Assembly (NCBI GenBank): GCA_977017645.1
Contig: OZ360224.1
Location: forward strand, 80,538,001-80,602,000
Origin: Torpedo marmorata
Taxonomy: Eukaryota
Reading direction: 5' to 3'
Length of the DNA stretch: 64,000 bases
A program made the translations under genes and the position numbers. The notes under the pieces were generated by a model. It searched no databases. It had not been told where the DNA came from and saw only the letters and a list, made by a program, of their open reading frames with translations. Numbering within the stretch: the first letter of the stretch is position 1; each line of letters opens with the position of its first letter. This document shows, one piece after another, positions 60,665 through 64,000 of this stretch.

Positions 60665-61299
60665 AACAACAAAAGGAAACAAGGAGAGCGGTCTGGAATG
60701 GAAAAAAAAACAATCTGCTGATGGCACGCAGTGGGTAGAGCAGCATCAGTGGGAAGGAAAGGAACCGTCAACATTTCCGATCTAGACCCTTCCTCTGGAC
60801 AGTTTATCTAACATCACAGTTTACAAATCACAGTGTGCACACTGTCCCATTACAGTAGTAGGGAAATTAATACAGCAGCAAACATCCTTGAACAGCAGCA
60901 GTTTGAAATATGTCTTGTACACTTCATTACCCATGCTTATTGTGGACCTTCCCACCCGACCCTACCTGTAAATCAACCTTTACTGCAGTGCTTCCTTTAA
61001 TTGGGATGGTTTATCACTAAAGGTCGCAGCTCTATTCAGAGGCTAGGGATGTTCCTTTACCAGCAGAAATAGTTTTCCAATTGTGGTTCGTTTCTTGAAC
61101 ATGGTGTAGTGGACACGGCACATCCACCACAGTTACAAGAACATTCCTGTACTCCTGCAGGAAGGGGCAAGGTGACTGATGAGCACCCAACCTGACCTTC
61201 CAAACCACACTGCTCTACTAGAGAAAACAGAATCATTCTACTAACCCTCAGCAACAGCTCCAACCTGTATTTCACAGCCTTAGCATTTCCATTTGTCTG

Positions 61300-61565
61300 T
61301 TTTCTCACTCTCTCTGATCTCTCTTATTAATCAATCAACTAGACAGCACTGTAAACATTGGGATCATCTGGGTAACCCTCGCCTCACTCTATCAAGGGTA
61401 TTCCCTCCACCCTATCCATTGAAGACCCCCCCCCATTCATTCTACAACTTTAAATGTATTTGTTTTCTCATTTTCCCAATTCTGACAAATAGTCTTCAAC
61501 ATGAAACACTAAGTCTGTTTCTCTTTCCTGAACTGCTGTGCAGTTCCGTCATTTTCTGTTTTTAA
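61300..61565 (+). mobile_element. Old PLE pLTR-derived repeat
   Basis: CTGACAAATAGTCTTCAACATGAAACACT...CATTTTCTGTTTTT. Confidence 0.5.
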
Positions 61566-61574
61566 TTTTGATTA

Positions 61575-61998
61575 AACCCATCTCAGGAGTATATACTAGT
61601 CGATAGGACTCACTCCCAGTGTACACTGACAGGTTAATCCCTTCCCCTCCCCCCTCAGTGTACCGGTACACTGAGAGGTTAACCTCTCTCCTCAGGAGAC
61701 ACTGACAGGTTAACCACACTTCCCAGTGTATACTGTCAGAGTAATCTCACCCCCACCAGTGTACACTAACAGGTTACCCCCCCCCAACTCCCACCAATAT
61801 ACAGTGACGTTAACCCCTCTGCCAAACTTCTGAGGAGTGGCGTTAACCTCTCAGAGTACAATCTTCAGATAACCCCAGTCCCCAGTATACATTGGCTGGT
61901 TAACACCCCTTCTGAGGGTACACTCGTGGATTAACCCTATTCCCCAGTGCCTGGTTAACCTCAGTGGTTGACTCATCCCATTCCCCACTGTACATGCC
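61575..61998. repeat. Diverged minisatellite with core CAGTGTACACTGACAGGTTAACC and C-rich linkers
   Basis: Roughly a dozen imperfect units of about 30-40 bp. Confidence 0.8.
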
Positions 61999-62918
61999 AA
62001 GTAAGAACCGTTGTTCTTTCATATTCCAGTTTTAGAACCTCAGTTACCCTGCTCTGATGAATGTTAAGAGAATCATACATGAGAAAACCTGTAGATTCAA
62101 CCTGAATGTTACTCTCTGTAGTTGCATCCAACATGTTTTGTGAAGCTATGGTTAGTGCTCTTTGCTTGAGCTCGGTTATCAGGTATCCAAGATTAAACCC
62201 CAAAAGTGCTGAGGGCCTTCAGTTGAAGGAATATATATTTGCGTCTCTACTCTTTACTACATATGCAACAAACATTAGGGCGTCAAAGATACACTGAAAA
62301 TAAGGTACAATCTCTATTTTGCCACTCACTGGAAGCATCCAACAATTAATCTTCCCATACTCTATTGTGTGAAGATTGCTATGTAAAATGTTAACCTTCT
62401 TTCATAGAGAATTATACACCCATTTACACAATTCAATATAACTTCTCAAAGGCAAAGCCATTCACCTTAAAATTAAAATTAGATTATGTTGTACTGTACA
62501 CATTACATAAAGGCCGTTGTTCATTCAGACTGGCATTTATACATTACTGCTACACACCCACTTAATCAATGCTACCTCCAGAAACTTCAGTTCACTATGA
62601 GGAAACAGGCAAAATGTCTCAGGTAATTTTAACCCTGGATATGAAAACGCACCGTATCCACCTCTGATGTTTGCAGGGTTTTTGTGCACGTGGAAATGAA
62701 ACCACAAATTAAATCACCCACAAACCAGCCCTTGTGTGTGTGGTCCTGCTGCAAGGCGTCAGGTTAATCCGAGTCTCTCTTCACCAAACGTTCCAGAAGG
62801 TCACTGAACAACTGCCGCAGGGGGAAAGAGCACCTTCGAAGACAGGAATAGAAACAAAACAAGAACGAGAGAGAAGCGACTTGTCCTCCACTTGCACTGC
62901 TCACGTTCAGCCCTCAGC

Positions 62919-63044
62919 TCAGTATTTGCCCTGCTTCAGTTTATCAATGTGGTAGCAGAGCTTCAGAGCTGGGCCCAGCTTCAGTCCCATGTACTTCATT
63001 ATCATGTCACTCTTCAGCAAGATCAAAGCGTTGCCATCAATCTC
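62919..63044 (-). CDS. SCML4: Terminal coding exon of Scm-like polycomb protein 4 (SAM domain C-terminus)
   Basis: Acceptor CCCCATTTTTTTTCAG| then [41 protein letters not shown]. The GNAL..LKSD residues and the tail-to-tail position next to SOBP favour SCML4 over SCML2/SCMH1. Confidence 0.9.
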   Translation of the reverse strand, partial: EIDGNALILLKSDMIMKYMGLKLGPALKLCYHIDKLKQGKY

Positions 63045-64000
63045 CTGAAAAAAAATGGGGAGGGGAAGAGAAGCAAATCAACTCATGAAAAGTGGCTCGC
63101 CTGCACCAAATGTGAGTAATAAAGTGAAAATTGGGGATGTTTAAGGGGTAGGATTCAGCTCCTTCAACATGCATGAGGGGAAATGGCAGGCTGACCTCTT
63201 GCGTGGAGCAGCTGAGTTCCCACAATAGTCCGAGCCCAACTCAGTGACCTGTCACTTCTTACAGGACCTCACACCTAGCCTCATTACATTTCCACAAAGT
63301 CTTATCTCTCTAATTTCAAATGGGTGGGCCTAAGCAGTTAAATTACTGAAAGTTATTCCGGTTTGTCATTCAAAGCTGCTGCTTATTTTTTTCATTCAGA
63401 ACCCAAGCATTTGCAGTCTTTTTATCTTGGAGTAGTAATAGAGAGATGCAGCACGGAAATAGGCCCTTCAGTCCATCAGCTGTACTAGCAGCACAGACTG
63501 ACACCTTGCATTGCACACATGTACAAGAGAACCCAGCGTTGCTCAGAGGAGTATGTGGGGATTGAAACGTGTTGATGTCTCTGGAGGTGAACTGCGCGAG
63601 TTAATGCAAAGTGCTCAGAGTCGGACAAAAGATCTACTCAACTCAATCTTCAACAAGCTACAGATAACAAAAGCAAAAATAGGACTATTTTGAAGCATCT
63701 GGCTAACCTCTGCCAAACTGCTAAGGGCAAGTCACTTCATATTTTCTTTGCCTTGCAGCCTTTAGAGTAAATGATCACAAATCTTCAAGAGGTCATCACT
63801 CCACGAAGCCAAGGAGAATTAGTTGGACCAAATGGCCTTCTTTATCTGTGACTTGTCTGTTCAAAAAAAAATTAAATAGTGCCTGCATTGATAGAATGAT
63901 GCGTGACAAAGTTCAAATTCACTGCTTACAAGGATGTTGGAAAACAAACAAAACAAATCAATTCGCCTTGACTTGTGGCTGATCAGAAAGGCAGCTCAGC

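Noticed and set aside
61575-61998. CRISPR-like array
   Set aside because: Repeats are degenerate, linkers are short and low-complexity, there are no cas genes, and the context is vertebrate

Overview
Eukaryotic, repeat-rich genomic DNA, most likely from a cartilaginous fish (shark/ray), judged from the HE1/V-SINE-like tRNA SINEs and the CR1/Rex1/Penelope landscape. Two host genes converge. The large final coding exon of SOBP (sine oculis-binding protein homolog) is at 9515-11515 (+). The terminal SAM-domain exon of SCML4 is at 62919-63044 (-) and is absent from the ORF track. The rest is intronic/intergenic, with CR1, Rex1/Babar, RTE-BovB and Penelope-like (PLE) retroelements, tRNA SINEs, a Tigger-type MITE and a Harbinger transposase fossil. 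The most notable system is a recently active Neptune-type PLE family. One near-intact copy (42448-46580) encodes RT + GIY-YIG, has one premature stop, inverted and direct pLTRs and a 14-bp TSD. Many non-autonomous derivatives occur, most carrying minimal hammerhead-like motifs. They include fold-back hairpin insertions (one with ribozyme motifs on both strands), a spacer-less 130-bp palindrome and a 28-bp micro-insertion; these copies have 10-15 bp TSDs. There is one 100-N assembly gap. All calls were made by eye, and boundaries of old repeats are approximate.
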